Under the pieces are notes generated by a model. It did not search any database, had not been told where the DNA came from, and was given only the letters and a program-made list of their open reading frames with translations. 64,000 nucleotides of DNA from Vicinamibacterales bacterium (GTDB lineage Bacteria > Acidobacteriota > Vicinamibacteria > Vicinamibacterales > UBA823): NCBI GenBank assembly GCA_036012125.1, contig DASCOS010000011.1, forward strand, positions 68,125-132,124, written 5' to 3'. Below, piece after piece: positions 10,403 through 23,997 of the stretch. The translations under genes and the position numbers were made by a program. The first letter of the stretch is position 1. Every line of letters starts with the position of its first letter.

Positions 10403-13400
10403 TCAATTCTTTAGAGCCCCATCGGCTACATCTTGCCGGCCGGTGATTTCCTCGTGCTCAACGAATTCAGCCTCGTGATCAAATTCCACTGGCGGAGTTG
10501 GCGGCGGATCATCCCGCTCTATACTCACTTGCCGGTAATAGTCCAAACCGGTGCCGGCAGGAATCAGCCTTCCCATCGTCACGTTCTCTTTGAGACCGCG
10601 AAGATGATCCACCTTACCCGAAATCGAAGCCTCAGTTAGTACACGTGTGGTCTCTTGGAACGATGCAGCCGAAATGAATGACTCAGTCGACAGCGAGGCC
10701 TTCGTGATCCCAAGCAACATTGGGCGGCCGACCGCTGGGCGACCACCCTCACCAATTATGCGTTCGTTCTCCGCCATAAAATGGGCGCGCTCAACTTGCT
10801 CATCTACGAGGAACTCCGTATCACCAATGTCTTCAATCTTGACCCAGCGCATCATCTGCCGAGCGATGACCTCGATATGCTTATCGTTGATAGTGACACC
10901 TTGAAGCCGGTAAACCTCCTGGATCTCATTAACGAGATAATTCTGCAGGGCTTTCTCACCAAGAACACTGAGAATGTCATGTGGATTACTTGGTCCGTCC
11001 ATCAACGGCTCTCCAGCTCTGACGCGGTCACCCTCCTGAACGTTTACGTGCACACCTCTCGGCAGTGAGTACTCTCGAGGCTCTGCACCAGCCTCGTCAG
11101 GGACAATAATAATCTTACGTAGACCCTTCGCAACACTACCGTGATGGACAACACCCTCGATTTCACTGATGACTGCTGTCTCGCGCGGCTTTCTCGCCTC
11201 AAAGAGCTCCACCACACGCGGTAGCCCACCCGTAATATCCTTGGTTTTTGTCGTCTCCCGAGGAATCTTAGCCAGTACGTCACCGGCGTGTACCTCCTCA
11301 CTATCGACAACCATCATATGCGCGTGCGAGGGCATATGATATTTCCGTAGTGCCTTGCCATCTTTCTTTCGCACCTCGATAGCCGGCTGCCTTTTCTCAT
11401 CTGGGGAGTCCACGATGATAAGCCGAGACAATCCGGTCACCTCGTCGACCTCCTCGTGGGCGGTCATCCCTTCAACAATATCCTTGAAATGTACGATGCC
11501 GGGATGCTCAGTCACGATCGAGAAGGTATACGGATCCCACTCAACGAGTACCTCACCAGGCTCAACCTGTTGACCGTTCCGTACTCTGAGGTGCGCCCCG
11601 TAGACAACAGTGTAGCGTTCACGATCACGACCCTTGGCATCCTGGATAACCAGCGAGCCACTTCGGTTCATCACCACAAGCGCCCCCGCTCGCGCCTCAA
11701 CAACCTGCAGTTCTTCAAACCGCACAGTGCCGGAATGCTTTGCTTCAAGCGTTGACTGCTCCGACACTCGCGAGGCAGTTCCACCAATGTGGAATGTTCG
11801 CATCGTTAACTGAGTCCCAGGCTCGCCGATCGACTGTGCAGCAATGACGCCAACTGCTAAACCACGCTCAACCAACTGACCCGTTGCCAAATCACGCCCG
11901 TAGCATTTTGTACAGACACCCCGACGCGACGAACACGTGAGCACCGAACGGATACGGACGCGCTCAATACCAGCTTCTTGGATATCCGAAGCCAACCTTT
12001 CCGTGATCTCTTCACCCTCATCAATAATTACAGCGTTCGTGATGGGATCATGAATGGGATCGAGTGTAACGCGACCGATAATCCGATCGCGCAGCGGCTC
12101 AATGATCTCTCCACTCTCTACGATCGCCCGGGCATCAATCCCATCCATCGTTCCACAATCATCCTTGGAAATGATTACATCCTGCGCGACATCAACTAAA
12201 CGACGAGTCAGGTAGCCAGAATCAGCGGTTTTAAGTGCCGTATCGGCCAAACCTTTTCGCGCCCCATGAGTTGAGATGAAGTACTGCAACACAGTCAAAC
12301 CTTCACGGAAGTTTGAGGTAATCGGCGTCTCGATAATCTCACCAGAAGGCTTTGCCATTAATCCGCGCATGCCGGCCAGCTGCCGAATTTGCTGCTTACT
12401 ACCCCGAGCACCGGAATCAGCCATGATGTAGACCGGGTTGAAATTCCGGCCTGACGGGGCCGACTCGTCCATCTCTGCAAACATCTCGTCAGCGATTCGT
12501 TCGGTAACATCCGACCAAATCGCGATTACCTTGTTGTAGCGCTCACCGTTTGTGATCGACCCATCCAGATACTGTTGCTCAACCTTGATAACGTCAGCCC
12601 TCGCATTGTCAACAAGCTGCGCCTTTTCTGATGGGATAATCAGGTCATCAATACCGATAGATAGACCAGATTGAGTCGCGGAAAGGAAACCGAGATTCTT
12701 AATCACATCGAGCATACTGACGGTCTTCTCTAAACCGAACCGGAGATAACAGTACTGAACTAGCTGCTGCAGCCCTTTCTTCTTTAGCAAGCCATTAATA
12801 AACGGTACGCCGTCAGGCAGTGCGTTGTTAAAGATGACGCGCCCAACCGTCGTAGTGATAATCGTCTTGGATACCTGCTTCACGTCTGCATACAACACAT
12901 CCTGATCAACGCGACTAGAGGATAGATCCATCAGTTCTCCACTCACCCTTAGCCGAATCGGTGACAGGGTCTCAACTTCACCTGCCTCCTTCGCATGAAG
13001 CACATCCTCTACGCAGCCGAACAGACGACCCTCCCCTTTGGCACCCGTTTTGGACTTAGTCAGGTAATAACAGCCCAGCACAATGTCCTGTGATGGCACC
13101 ACGATAGGTGCACCGTTTGCTGGCGAAAGGATGTTGTTCGAGGACATCATCAGAACTGAAGCTTCGATCTGCGCTTCTGGACCTAGCGGGATATGAACAG
13201 CCATCTGATCGCCATCGAAGTCAGCATTGAATGCAGTGCAGACGAGCGGATGAATTCGAATTGCCTTTCCCTCCACCAGCACTGGTTCGAACGCTTGGAT
13301 TCCAAGCCGATGAAGTGTCGGAGCCCGGTTTAGGAGCACGGGATGTTCACGGGTTACTTCCTCAAGAATGTCCCACACTTCAGGCTGGTGCTGCTCGACC

Positions 13401-14593
13401 ATTTCCTTGGCCTGCTTAATAGTGGTCACGAGCCCACGCTCTTCAAGCTTGTTGTAGATAAAGGGCTTGAAAAGCTCCAGCGCCATCTTCTTTGGAAGGC
13501 CGCACTGATTCAACTTTAACTCCGGTCCGACTACAATGACCGAACGCCCGGAATAATCCACGCGTTTACCCAGCAAATTCTGCCGGAACCGACCCTGCTT
13601 CCCCTTAAGGGTGTCAGAAAGCGATTTCAATGGCCGGTTATTAGCGCCACGCAATACGCGACCTCGTCTGCCATTGTCGAAAAGCGCGTCAACTGCTTCT
13701 TGCAACATCCGCTTCTCATTCCGAATAATCACATCGGGAGCCTTGAGCTCCATTAACTTCTTGAGACGGTTATTGCGGTTAATCACACGGCGGTACAAAT
13801 CGTTCAGGTCAGATGTAGCGAACCGTCCGCCATCGAGTGGTACGAGCGGACGCAACTCGGGAGGAATCACAGGAACCACGTCAAGAATCATCCACTCCGG
13901 CTTGTTATCAGAACGCCGAAAAGAATCAACCACTCGGAGCCGTTTTGAATATTTCAACTTCTTTTGTACCGACGTTTCACTCCGCATTAAGTCGCGGAGC
14001 TCTTCAGCTAGCTCATCCACACTGATGCGCTTCAGCAACTCCTTAATGGCCTCAGCGCCCATCTGCGCTTTAAACCCAAGACCTGGCTTTACCCTTGTTG
14101 CGCGGAACTGTTCTTCGTTCAGTAGTTGGTTCTGCTTAAATTCAGTATCACCGGGATCGATGACGACATAGGCCTCGAAGTACAGAATTCGCTCAAGGTC
14201 ACGCAATGAGATATCCAACAAATGACCAATACGGCTTGGTAGACCTTTAAAGAACCAGACGTGACTGACCGGTGCCGCCAACTGAATGTGGCCGAGACGC
14301 TCCCTTCGTACTTTCGCTTGCGTAACTTCAACACCACACTTATCGCAGATTACACCCCTGTGCTTCATCCGCTTGTATTTCCCACAGAGGCACTCCCAAT
14401 CTACGACCGGTCCAAAAATCTTCGCGCAGAACAAACCATCTCGTTCAGGTTTGAACGTTCGGTAGTTGATCGTCTCTGGTTTCGTCACCTCGCCATGCGA
14501 CCATGAAAGTATTCGCTCGGGCGAGGCAAGACTAATCCTGATGTTGTCAAATTCTGTAGTTAACGAACCGCGGTCTGCAAAGCTTGGTCTCAT
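10403..14593 (-). CDS. rpoC: DNA-directed RNA polymerase subunit beta-prime
   Basis: 1396 aa, colinear with E. coli RpoC. It has the N-terminal Zn finger [23 protein letters not shown], the NADFDGDQM catalytic motif, and a trigger-loop SI3-like insertion. A GAAGGA Shine-Dalgarno precedes the ATG. Confidence 0.98.
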   Translation of the reverse strand: MRPSFADRGSLTTEFDNIRISLASPERILSWSHGEVTKPETINYRTFKPERDGLFCAKIFGPVVDWECLCGKYKRMKHRGVICDKCGVEVTQAKVRRERLGHIQLAAPVSHVWFFKGLPSRIGHLLDISLRDLERILYFEAYVVIDPGDTEFKQNQLLNEEQFRATRVKPGLGFKAQMGAEAIKELLKRISVDELAEELRDLMRSETSVQKKLKYSKRLRVVDSFRRSDNKPEWMILDVVPVIPPELRPLVPLDGGRFATSDLNDLYRRVINRNNRLKKLMELKAPDVIIRNEKRMLQEAVDALFDNGRRGRVLRGANNRPLKSLSDTLKGKQGRFRQNLLGKRVDYSGRSVIVVGPELKLNQCGLPKKMALELFKPFIYNKLEERGLVTTIKQAKEMVEQHQPEVWDILEEVTREHPVLLNRAPTLHRLGIQAFEPVLVEGKAIRIHPLVCTAFNADFDGDQMAVHIPLGPEAQIEASVLMMSSNNILSPANGAPIVVPSQDIVLGCYYLTKSKTGAKGEGRLFGCVEDVLHAKEAGEVETLSPIRLRVSGELMDLSSSRVDQDVLYADVKQVSKTIITTTVGRVIFNNALPDGVPFINGLLKKKGLQQLVQYCYLRFGLEKTVSMLDVIKNLGFLSATQSGLSIGIDDLIIPSEKAQLVDNARADVIKVEQQYLDGSITNGERYNKVIAIWSDVTERIADEMFAEMDESAPSGRNFNPVYIMADSGARGSKQQIRQLAGMRGLMAKPSGEIIETPITSNFREGLTVLQYFISTHGARKGLADTALKTADSGYLTRRLVDVAQDVIISKDDCGTMDGIDARAIVESGEIIEPLRDRIIGRVTLDPIHDPITNAVIIDEGEEITERLASDIQEAGIERVRIRSVLTCSSRRGVCTKCYGRDLATGQLVERGLAVGVIAAQSIGEPGTQLTMRTFHIGGTASRVSEQSTLEAKHSGTVRFEELQVVEARAGALVVMNRSGSLVIQDAKGRDRERYTVVYGAHLRVRNGQQVEPGEVLVEWDPYTFSIVTEHPGIVHFKDIVEGMTAHEEVDEVTGLSRLIIVDSPDEKRQPAIEVRKKDGKALRKYHMPSHAHMMVVDSEEVHAGDVLAKIPRETTKTKDITGGLPRVVELFEARKPRETAVISEIEGVVHHGSVAKGLRKIIIVPDEAGAEPREYSLPRGVHVNVQEGDRVRAGEPLMDGPSNPHDILSVLGEKALQNYLVNEIQEVYRLQGVTINDKHIEVIARQMMRWVKIEDIGDTEFLVDEQVERAHFMAENERIIGEGGRPAVGRPMLLGITKASLSTESFISAASFQETTRVLTEASISGKVDHLRGLKENVTMGRLIPAGTGLDYYRQVSIERDDPPPTPPVEFDHEAEFVEHEEITGRQDVADGALKN

Positions 14594-14658
14594 AGATCCT
14601 TCATCGCAAATGTAGTTTCAGGGACCGGTCGTAGACCATGTCCAGATGGTGATTCAAC

Positions 14659-17600
14659 CTACACTTCCTCGAGTTCTTTCTCCGTTGGTGGAAGCCCCTC
14701 TATCACTCTTGACGGCGTTTTCAATAATTCCACATCGAGGCAAAGAGCCTGTAACTCACGAATTAGCACGTTAAACGACTCCGGCAAGCCTGGTGTGAAG
14801 GACGTGTCATCCTTCACAATTGCCTCATAAAGCTTCGCACGCCCAGTGACATCATCAGACTTCGCAGTCAAGAGTTCTTGCAGTATGTGCGCTGCACCGT
14901 ATGCCTCGAGCGCCCACACCTCCATCTCTCCAAACCGTTGGCCACCGAACTGCGCCTTGCCACCAAGCGGCTGCTGTGTGATCAACGAGTACGGGCCGAT
15001 CGATCGCGCGTGAATTTTCTCATCGACTAAATGCGATAACTTGAGGATATAAATGTAGCCGACGGTCACATCTTGCTCGAACACCTCTCCAGTCATCCCG
15101 TCAAACAGTTGAGTCTTGCCGCCAGTCGGGTATCCCGCTTGCTCAAGCCAGCCCTTGATCTCCTTTTCAATGGCTCCATCGAAGACCGGAGTCGAAAAAT
15201 ATAGCCCGAGCGCATGTGCGGCCCATCCGAGATGAGTTTCAAGAATCTGACCGACGTTCATCCGTGATGGAACGCCGAGAGGGTTCAACACGATCTCAAC
15301 TGGCGTTCCATCAGGCAGATACGGCATATCCTCTTCTGGCAGTATCCTCGCAATTACCCCCTTGTTACCGTGCCTCCCGGCCATCTTGTCGCCCACAGAA
15401 AGCTTTCGCTTCATAGCAACGTAGATCTTGACAAGCTTGATCACGCCTGGCGGCAACTCATCGCCACGCCGAATCTTCTCCTTTTTTTCTTCGAACTCTT
15501 GCCTAATGACTTCGACCGCTCGCGTGGTTCGGTTTTCGAGCCTATTCAAATCTTCCTCAAGTCGAGGATCGTCGGTTGCTATCGCCATCCTCGCGATCGC
15601 TTCATAAGGCATCCCTTCAAGCATCTCAACAGTAAGAACGGTTCCTTGATCGAGAAGTTTCACGTCACCATGGTCGCTGTACAGGTCTTTCCTCAACCTT
15701 TCCCCGGGGAGCATCTGGAGGAGGTGCTTCTTCACCTCGTCGTGAAAAATACGTATTTCATCCTTGAAATTCTTCTCCATCATCTCGAGCTCTTCAGCTT
15801 CAATCGCCTTGGCCCGGTCATCCTTCTCAATGCCCTTACGCGAAAAGATCTTCACGCCAACAATGATGCCGTCGATACCGGGAGGACATGTCAGAGACGC
15901 ATCGCGCACATCACCAGCTTTCTCGCCGAAGATTGCACGTAACAGCTTTTCCTCAGGCGTGAGTTGAGTTTCGCCCTTAGGCGTCACCTTGCCAGCCAAT
16001 ACGTCGCCAGGTTTCACATAAGCGCCAATCCTAATAATTCCGCTTTCGTCGAGATCGTTCAAGAATCCTTCGGATACATTAGGAATGTCTCGGGTGATTT
16101 CCTCAGGACCGAGCTTCGTGTCACGAGCTTCAATCTCGAATTCCTCTATATGAATCGACGTGTAGTAACCGTCTCTAACCATCCGTTCGGAAACGAGAAT
16201 TGCATCCTCGAAATTGTAACCACGCCAAGGCATGAACGCGACCAAAACATTTTGACCAAGTGCTAATTCGCCGAGCTCTGTGCAGGGTCCATCTGCAAGC
16301 GCCTGGCCCATTTCCACACGTTGTCCGGCGCGGACGATCGGTTTCTGATTGATACACGTATTCTGATTTGACCGTTTAAACTTAATCAGGGGGTAAGTGT
16401 CAGGCTTCATATCGGCAGCAGTCTTAACACCACTATCGACTCGCACCACAATGCGCTGTGAATCAACATAATCAACCGTTCCACCACGACGCGCGCTCAC
16501 GACTGACCCTGAATCGCGCGCCGTGATGTACTCCATACCCGTGCCTACAAACGGCGCACGTGCCCGTAGTAACGGCACTGCCTGACGTTGCATGTTCGAT
16601 CCCATCAACGCTCGATTTGCATCGTCATGTTCTAGGAATGGAATCAGCGAGGCCGCGACAGATACGAGCTGTTTCGGTGAAACATCTATGAAATCAACCT
16701 TTTCACGTGGCGCTAGAATGAACTCGCCTGCCCGGCGTGCGTTGACACGGTCACCTGCAAGCATTCCCTGCTCGTCAACGGAGGCATTTGCTTGCGCAAT
16801 GACGTATTGGTCCTCTTCCCAAGCAGACAGATAGAATGAGTGCGGTTCGAATTCCGCCGCACGCTTCTTCCGCGACTTTACCGTAGCGTTCTCGTCAAGT
16901 ACTTCCTGCAATTCGACGATATCGCCGATCTTGAATTGCGTCCCACCAGCGTTGGTAATGAGGACTGCATCACTTACATGGCCGTTATTGACACGGCGGT
17001 AGGGCGCCTCAATAAACCCGAACTCGTTGATTCGGGCGTAGCAGGACAAAGAAGAGATCAAGCCTATATTTGGACCTTCCGGCGTTTCGATCGGACAGAT
17101 CCGTCCATAGTGTGTCGGATGGACGTCGCGTACCTCGAACCCAGCACGTTCACGTGATAGACCGCCTGGCCCAAGCGCCGACAAACGACGCTTATGGGTG
17201 ACCTCCGAGAGCGGATTGGTCTGATCCATAAATTGAGACAGTTGGGAAGATCCAAAAAACTCTCGGATCGCAGCCATGACCGGTTTAGCGTTGATCAGAT
17301 CATGCGGCATCGCCGTCGTCATTTCTTGGTAGATAGACATTTTTTCTTTAATTGCCCGTTCCATCCGTACCAAGCCAATCCGAAATTGATTCTCAAGCAA
17401 CTCACCAACCGACCGGACACGGCGATTACCTAGATGGTCGATGTCATCAACGTTCGCGGGATTTCGTCTTAGCTTTAAGAGGTAGCTAATCACCTCGAAG
17501 AAATCCTGAGGATGAAGAATCTTCTCATCAAGAGGAGTGTCGAGCTTCAGCTTAGTGTTGAGTTTTAAACGACCGACACGAGAGAAATCATATTTACGAT

Positions 17601-18960
17601 GATTAAAAAACATGCCCTCAAAAAGCGATCGCGAGCTATCAAGCGTTGGTGGATCGCCTGGTCGCAAACGACGATAGATCTCGATTAGAGCTTCTTCATG
17701 GGTTCTAACCATGTCTTTTCTGAGGGTAGTCGAAAGGACAGGGCCAATCTCGTCGCTCTCCGGAAAGAAGATCTCGAGAACTTCAACGTCCTTTTCCTCC
17801 GCCATCGATATCACCCGCGGCGTGACCTCCTCATTGGCCTCGAGAATCACTTCACCAGTAGCGGGGTCGACCACATCGGCGGCTGCAAAGGCACCATCAA
17901 GCTCTGCGGCAGAGATTTCGATCGACTTAACCCCTGCATTTTTCAGTTCGGTCACTACAGCACTAGTGAGCTTCTTGCCGGGGAGTACGGAGGTGTCGGA
18001 ACCAGGAATATCCAGGCTCGTTGCCGCTCGACGGCCAACGATTGACTCCTGGACCATCCACCGCAGACTACCCTGATTAACTTGGAGCGTGTCGACAGTG
18101 TAAAAGTTTCGAATAATCTCGTCGGTACTCCGCAGTCCTAAAGCGCGCAAGAAAACGGTCGCCAGAAACTTGCGCTTTCGATCGATGCGTATGTAAAGCA
18201 AATTTTTTGCGTCGTACTCGAATTCGACCCACGATCCCCGATACGGGATAATCTGCGAAACAAAGGACGTCTTGTCGGACGAGTGAAAGAACGCTCCTGG
18301 TGAACGGTGAAGCTGTGAAACGATTACACGCTCGGTTCCATTAACGATGAACGTGCCGTTCTCAGTCATCAACGGAACATCGCCGAAGTAAACCTCCTGC
18401 TCTTTGATGTCACGAATGGATTTGACCCCAGTTTCAGGGTCCCTATTCCACACAACTAAGCGAATGGTGACCTTGAGCGGCACGGCATAGGTCATCCCTC
18501 GTTCTTGGCATTCCCCGACGTCATATTTCGGTTTCAACACAACGGAAGTGTCACAGACCTCGCACGTGTCACCCTGCGCGAGGTTCGCCTGTCCACACTC
18601 GGGACATAGCACTTCCCCTAAACCATCGGAACCTGCGATCAACATCACCCCACAGCCTTCGCATGGAATCCGAAGGTGCTTTAATCCGGAGAGTCGACCA
18701 CATCGACACTCCCAATTTCCAATCCAGTAATCGATGAACTCAAGTGACGAATTCTCACGAAAATCGCTAATCGGAAAAACCGACTTGAAGACCGATTGCA
18801 GTCCAGCATCCAGGCGCTCCGCTGGCAGTTGATTCATCTGCAAGAAGCGCTCGTATGATTTCCGCTGGATATCAATGAGATTGGGAATCGGTATTGTGGT
18901 GTTGATCTTCGAAAAATCGATGCGTTCTCGATAAACGTTCTTAGGTAGGCTGTTGTACAT
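14659..18960 (-). CDS. rpoB: DNA-directed RNA polymerase subunit beta (carries an unusual Cys-rich N-terminal insertion)
   Basis: 1433 aa, colinear with E. coli RpoB (rifampicin region [34 protein letters not shown]; C-terminal [19 protein letters not shown]). An extra roughly 62-aa segment at residues 82-143 is described in the findings. Confidence 0.98.
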   Translation of the reverse strand: MYNSLPKNVYRERIDFSKINTTIPIPNLIDIQRKSYERFLQMNQLPAERLDAGLQSVFKSVFPISDFRENSSLEFIDYWIGNWECRCGRLSGLKHLRIPCEGCGVMLIAGSDGLGEVLCPECGQANLAQGDTCEVCDTSVVLKPKYDVGECQERGMTYAVPLKVTIRLVVWNRDPETGVKSIRDIKEQEVYFGDVPLMTENGTFIVNGTERVIVSQLHRSPGAFFHSSDKTSFVSQIIPYRGSWVEFEYDAKNLLYIRIDRKRKFLATVFLRALGLRSTDEIIRNFYTVDTLQVNQGSLRWMVQESIVGRRAATSLDIPGSDTSVLPGKKLTSAVVTELKNAGVKSIEISAAELDGAFAAADVVDPATGEVILEANEEVTPRVISMAEEKDVEVLEIFFPESDEIGPVLSTTLRKDMVRTHEEALIEIYRRLRPGDPPTLDSSRSLFEGMFFNHRKYDFSRVGRLKLNTKLKLDTPLDEKILHPQDFFEVISYLLKLRRNPANVDDIDHLGNRRVRSVGELLENQFRIGLVRMERAIKEKMSIYQEMTTAMPHDLINAKPVMAAIREFFGSSQLSQFMDQTNPLSEVTHKRRLSALGPGGLSRERAGFEVRDVHPTHYGRICPIETPEGPNIGLISSLSCYARINEFGFIEAPYRRVNNGHVSDAVLITNAGGTQFKIGDIVELQEVLDENATVKSRKKRAAEFEPHSFYLSAWEEDQYVIAQANASVDEQGMLAGDRVNARRAGEFILAPREKVDFIDVSPKQLVSVAASLIPFLEHDDANRALMGSNMQRQAVPLLRARAPFVGTGMEYITARDSGSVVSARRGGTVDYVDSQRIVVRVDSGVKTAADMKPDTYPLIKFKRSNQNTCINQKPIVRAGQRVEMGQALADGPCTELGELALGQNVLVAFMPWRGYNFEDAILVSERMVRDGYYTSIHIEEFEIEARDTKLGPEEITRDIPNVSEGFLNDLDESGIIRIGAYVKPGDVLAGKVTPKGETQLTPEEKLLRAIFGEKAGDVRDASLTCPPGIDGIIVGVKIFSRKGIEKDDRAKAIEAEELEMMEKNFKDEIRIFHDEVKKHLLQMLPGERLRKDLYSDHGDVKLLDQGTVLTVEMLEGMPYEAIARMAIATDDPRLEEDLNRLENRTTRAVEVIRQEFEEKKEKIRRGDELPPGVIKLVKIYVAMKRKLSVGDKMAGRHGNKGVIARILPEEDMPYLPDGTPVEIVLNPLGVPSRMNVGQILETHLGWAAHALGLYFSTPVFDGAIEKEIKGWLEQAGYPTGGKTQLFDGMTGEVFEQDVTVGYIYILKLSHLVDEKIHARSIGPYSLITQQPLGGKAQFGGQRFGEMEVWALEAYGAAHILQELLTAKSDDVTGRAKLYEAIVKDDTSFTPGLPESFNVLIRELQALCLDVELLKTPSRVIEGLPPTEKELEEV

Positions 18961-19123
18961 ACTTGAGTGAACTCATGGCACGGCGATTAAACCGTTCCTG
19001 TGGAAAAAAAACGTTATCAACTCTGACTCGTGGCACCATCTAGCAGACCTAGTGCACACGAACCCCGTTCGACAAGTGCCACCCTGGCCTCAACTGGCAT
19101 AGCACTCCCTACAGACGCAACAG

Positions 19124-19513
19124 CTACTTGATCTCGACTTTGGCGCCGACTTCTTCAAACTTCTTCTGGATTGCTTCAGCCTCGTCCTTCGGCACACCTT
19201 CCTTGACAGCCTTAGGCGCGCTTTCGACTAAATCCTTTGCTTCCTTCAATCCTAGGCTAGTGACTTCACGAACGGCTTTAATGACATTAATTTTCTTGTC
19301 GCCAATCTCAGTGAGAGTAACCGTAAACTCGGTCTGCTCTTCTGCTGCCGCACCACCGGCACCCGGCGCAGCTACCGCTCCCGCCATGGCCACTGGCACC
19401 GCGGCTGACACACCCAGCTCTTCCTCAAGGGCTTTAACAAGCTGCGAAAGCTCCATCACAGAGATTCCCTTGATGTATTCAACTATTTGTTCCTGCGTAA
19501 CATCAGCCATCAT
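19124..19513 (-). CDS. rplL: 50S ribosomal protein L7/L12
   Basis: Ala/Gly-rich hinge plus C-terminal [30 protein letters not shown] lies upstream. Two adjacent ATGs are present (19513 and 19510). Confidence 0.96.
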   Translation of the reverse strand: MMADVTQEQIVEYIKGISVMELSQLVKALEEELGVSAAVPVAMAGAVAAPGAGGAAAEEQTEFTVTLTEIGDKKINVIKAVREVTSLGLKEAKDLVESAPKAVKEGVPKDEAEAIQKKFEEVGAKVEIK

Positions 19514-19563
19514 TTATTCTCCTGACGTAAGACGAGCGCACGCAGCACGGATAGCGCCACGAA

Positions 19564-20088
19564 TTAATCGCCTTTCTTTCCTTCAATCTGTGCAAGCACA
19601 TTCATAAAATCTCGCGGAACTCCACCCAGCACTGTGACCAACCGAGTCATCGGGGCCTGCAGTACGGACAGAAGCTTGGCGTAGAGTTCAGGCTTGCTAG
19701 GCAGCGTTGCTAGTTCGTCCACCTCCGCAGGCGTGAAGTTCCGTCCCTGGACAATGGCTGCCTTAACCTTAAGTCCAGGGGCCGTCTTTGCAAAGATGGT
19801 GAGCGTCTTCGCCAACGACACTGGATCGGCGTCGGAATAGGCTACAGCCGTTGGACCTTGAAACATTTCACCCAACGACTCGAAAGCACTCCCTTGTATC
19901 GCCTTCTTGGCAAGCCTGTTCTTAACTACTCGATACTGGCCATCCGCAGCACGTACCTGTCGACGCAACTCCGTAGCTTTAGGAACATCTAGACCCTTAA
20001 AGTCTACGAGCAATACGCTATCCGCTGACTTAAACAGCGACGCTAACTGTTGCTGCTCAACCTCTTTTTCCGCTCTCGTAACTGCCAT
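19564..20088 (-). CDS. rplJ: 50S ribosomal protein L10
   Basis: L10-like sequence immediately upstream of rplL. Only 3 nt separate it from the rplA stop. Confidence 0.93.
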   Translation of the reverse strand: MAVTRAEKEVEQQQLASLFKSADSVLLVDFKGLDVPKATELRRQVRAADGQYRVVKNRLAKKAIQGSAFESLGEMFQGPTAVAYSDADPVSLAKTLTIFAKTAPGLKVKAAIVQGRNFTPAEVDELATLPSKPELYAKLLSVLQAPMTRLVTVLGGVPRDFMNVLAQIEGKKGD

Positions 20089-20091
20089 GAC

Positions 20092-20787
20092 TTACGCCAT
20101 TTCCGCAACCGCGGGATCGACCTTCACTCCTGGACCCATCGTCGACGACACCGTCAGACTTCTCAAATACTTACCTTTCGCAGCAGCGGGTTTCGCCTTC
20201 ATGACGCTCGACACAATCGCCTGTGCGTTGTCGATAAGATTCTGTTTCGGAAATGAGACTTTACCAATCGGCGCATGAATAATGCCGGTCTTGTCCACGC
20301 GAAACTCCACCTTCCCCGCCTTGATCTCTTTCACGGCCTTCCCGATATCAACGGTGACCGTTCCAGTCTTTGGATTAGGCATTAACCCCCGCGGACCGAG
20401 CACCTTCCCAAGCTTTCCGACTGATCGCATCATATCCGGCGTGGCCACTACTGCCTCGAAATCGATCCAGCCAGCCTGAATTTTTTCTACAATTTCTTCA
20501 CCACCGACAAGGTCCGCGCCGCTCTCCTCAGCCTCCTTTTGCTTTTCGCCGACCGCAATTGCTAGCACGCGTTTACTCCTACCAAGTCCGTGCGGAAGAA
20601 CAACTGTGCCACGCACCATTTGATCTGCGTGTTTCGGATCAACCCCTAGACGAAGCGCCATTTCAACCGTCTCATCGAACTTGGCAAACTTCACCTGTTG
20701 CACGAGCGGAATCGCGTCCTCAAGCTTCAGCAATGCCTCCGGAACCTTCTCCTTAGCCATCTTGAACTGCTTTGTCATCCGCTGCAT
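20092..20787 (-). CDS. rplA: 50S ribosomal protein L1
   Basis: [33 protein letters not shown] is canonical L1. The track start at 20793 is GTG. The ATG at 20787 has GAAGG 7 nt upstream. Confidence 0.94.
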   Translation of the reverse strand: MQRMTKQFKMAKEKVPEALLKLEDAIPLVQQVKFAKFDETVEMALRLGVDPKHADQMVRGTVVLPHGLGRSKRVLAIAVGEKQKEAEESGADLVGGEEIVEKIQAGWIDFEAVVATPDMMRSVGKLGKVLGPRGLMPNPKTGTVTVDIGKAVKEIKAGKVEFRVDKTGIIHAPIGKVSFPKQNLIDNAQAIVSSVMKAKPAAAKGKYLRSLTVSSTMGPGVKVDPAVAEMA

Positions 20788-20812
20788 CTGCACACCTTCA
20801 AGTCTTGCGGGG

Positions 20813-21238
20813 TTACCCGGTGACGTCTAACCCCATCGACCGTGCCGTTCCGCACACAATCTTTACTGCAGACTCTAGGGACTCGCAGTTCAGATCGGGC
20901 ATCTTTACCTTGGCTATCTCCTCAACATCCTTGGTCGTTATTGTCCCCACCTTAGTCTTATTGGGCTCACCTGAACCCTTAGCGATATTAGCAGCGCGCT
21001 TAAGCAGTACCGCCGCCGGCGGGGTCTTAGTGATAAAGGTGTATGAGCGATCAGCGTAAACCGTAACGACTGCGGGAATAATGAGCCCGTCTTGACCTGC
21101 CGTCTTTGCATTAAACGCCTTGCAAAAGTCCATGATGTTCAACCCGTGTGGACCGAGCGCCGTGCCTACAGGAGGCGCAGGCGTTGCCTTACCGGCAGCA
21201 ATCTGAAGCTTCACCTGGGCTAGAACTCTCTTCGCCAT
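20813..21238 (-). CDS. rplK: 50S ribosomal protein L11
   Basis: [35 protein letters not shown] is canonical L11. Confidence 0.97.
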   Translation of the reverse strand: MAKRVLAQVKLQIAAGKATPAPPVGTALGPHGLNIMDFCKAFNAKTAGQDGLIIPAVVTVYADRSYTFITKTPPAAVLLKRAANIAKGSGEPNKTKVGTITTKDVEEIAKVKMPDLNCESLESAVKIVCGTARSMGLDVTG

Positions 21239-21281
21239 ACTTCCACTCGCACTCCAACACAGGTGTCGCGGAAACCCTATT

Positions 21282-21824
21282 CTAGAGCTTCTCCACCTGC
21301 AAAAAATCTAGCTCTACCGGCGTTGCACGGCCGAAAATCGTCACCATAACCTTCAAAGTGCTCTTATCGAGGTTGACCTCGTCAACCGTGCCGCTAAAGT
21401 TCGTAAAAGGTCCCTCGTTGATGCGCACCTGGTCGCCCTTATCAAACATGTACTTCGGCTTTGGCTTTTCGGCGGCAACAGTGACCTGATGCAGAATCTG
21501 ATCGACTTCCTCTCGAGTCAGGGGGGTCGGCTTCACGCCGGCGCCCACAAAGCCCGTGACCTTCGGCGTGTTCTTGACAACGTGCCAGGTATGGTCGGAC
21601 ATATTCATCTCGACCAATATGTAGCCTGGAAAGAAACGCTTCGAACTAACAACTTCCCGGCCGGCTCGCATTTCCAGTACGTTTTCAGTCGGAATCAGAA
21701 CCTCGCCAATTTCGTTCTGCAGTTCGTAGGCCTGGACACGCTGTGCGAGCGATTCCGCCACCTTATTCTCAAAACCAGAGTAGGTGTGCACGATATACCA
21801 CTGCTTTGTTATGACTTCTGTCAT
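21282..21824 (-). CDS. nusG: Transcription termination/antitermination factor NusG
   Basis: The 180-aa product [22 protein letters not shown]...KOW domain is canonical NusG. The ATG at 21824 overlaps the secE stop (ATGA). The 290-aa track ORF runs through secE and tRNA-Trp and is an artefact. Confidence 0.95.
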   Translation of the reverse strand: MTEVITKQWYIVHTYSGFENKVAESLAQRVQAYELQNEIGEVLIPTENVLEMRAGREVVSSKRFFPGYILVEMNMSDHTWHVVKNTPKVTGFVGAGVKPTPLTREEVDQILHQVTVAAEKPKPKYMFDKGDQVRINEGPFTNFSGTVDEVNLDKSTLKVMVTIFGRATPVELDFLQVEKL

Positions 21825-22039
21825 GCGACACCAAACGCATTGAACACCCGCCCAATCACGGCGTTGAGCAATAGATCGATCCCCCAAAGATAAATACCGA
21901 AAAAGATCGACGTCAGTATGACCACAAAGGTCGTCGCGTACACTTCCTTCTTCGACGGCCAGGTCACGCGTTCCAGTTCGTTCCGAACCTGGGCCAAAAA
22001 GGTTCGCGACTGATCCCAAAACCCTATTACACCGCTCAT
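21821..22039 (-). CDS. secE: Preprotein translocase subunit SecE
   Basis: 72 aa from the ATG at 22039. It has the conserved [13 protein letters not shown] motif followed by one TM helix. Position is the classical one, upstream of nusG. Confidence 0.9.
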   Translation of the reverse strand: MSGVIGFWDQSRTFLAQVRNELERVTWPSKKEVYATTFVVILTSIFFGIYLWGIDLLLNAVIGRVFNAFGVA

Positions 22040-22093
22040 CGTACCGTCTCGACCGTTTCGCCTCCTCCTCTGCAAGCAGATGGAGGACGTGGA

Positions 22094-22169
22094 TGGCAGG
22101 CCAGGAGGGACTCGAACCCCCAGCCCCCGGTTTTGGAGACCGGTGCTCTACCAATTGAGCTACTGGCCT
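22094..22169 (-). tRNA. tRNA-Trp (anticodon CCA), 3' CCA encoded
   Basis: Hand-folded cloverleaf AGGCCAG/TA/GCTC-AATTGGTA-GAGC/A/CCGGT-CTCCAAA-ACCGG/.../TTCGAGT/CTGGCCT-G-CCA. Position is the typical one, between rpmG and secE. Confidence 0.9.
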
Positions 22170-22187
22170 ACAACAATAAAATTCCGC

Positions 22188-22337
22188 CTACCTCGTCTCC
22201 CGATGGGTCGTATGCGTCCGACACCACCGACAGAATTTCTTAATCTGCAGACGATCAGACATAGTCCTTTTGTTCTTGGTCGTGCTGTAGTTACGCCGCT
22301 TACACTCGTTGCACGCCAACGAAATAATGTCGCGCAT
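22188..22337 (-). CDS. rpmG: 50S ribosomal protein L33 (Cys-containing, Zn-binding form)
   Basis: Not in the ORF track (49 aa). Hand translation gives [49 protein letters not shown], then TAG at 22188-22190. Confidence 0.92.
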   Translation of the reverse strand: MRDIISLACNECKRRNYSTTKNKRTMSDRLQIKKFCRWCRTHTTHRETR

Positions 22338-22361
22338 TAACTGGTCCTCAATCCCGTATCC

Positions 22362-23549
<1,188 letters not shown>

Positions 23550-23606
23550 GGCTTATCCCTCTCTTCCCCACTCTACCGGCATCGTCCAACCAGCATCCGC
23601 AGATGC

Positions 23607-23682
<76 letters not shown>

Positions 23683-23774
23683 CACGAATTCGACAATGAA
23701 ACTCGTCACCCGTCAGCGGCATATTAACCGCCACACACTTATCATCAAGCTCGTTTGGCTTACATCCCCGAAGA

Positions 23775-23849
23775 TGGAGCGGGAGACGGGGGTCGAACCC
23801 GCGACCAACAGCTTGGAAGGCTGTGACTCTACCACTGAGTTACTCCCGC
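23775..23849 (-). tRNA. tRNA-Gly (anticodon UCC), CCA encoded
   Basis: Reverse complement GCGGGAGTAACTCAGTGGTAGAGTCACAGCCTTCCAAGCTGTTGGTCGCGGGTTCGACCCCCGTCTCCCGCTCCA. The anticodon loop is CTTCCAA. Confidence 0.9.
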
Positions 23850-23910
23850 GAATCCCCCTCACCCGAGCCACCAAACCCGTCATCCCCTCGGCCAAGGGGC
23901 CACTCACTCT

Positions 23911-23997
23911 TGGTGGCGAGGGGAGGATTCGAACCTCCGAAGCCGCTAGGGCGACAGATTTACAGTCTGTTGCGTTTGACCGCTCCGCAACCTCGCC
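23911..23997 (-). tRNA. tRNA-Tyr (anticodon GUA), long variable arm, CCA encoded
   Basis: Reverse complement GGCGAGGTTGCGGAGCGGTCAAACGCAACAGACTGTAAATCTGTCGCCCTAGCGGCTTCGGAGGTTCGAATCCTCCCCTCGCCACCA. Confidence 0.9.

Noticed and set aside
21825-22154. The 290-aa ORF suggesting a long N-terminal extension of NusG.
   Set aside because: The extension runs through secE (in another frame) and into tRNA-Trp. NusG begins at the ATG at 21824, which overlaps the secE stop.
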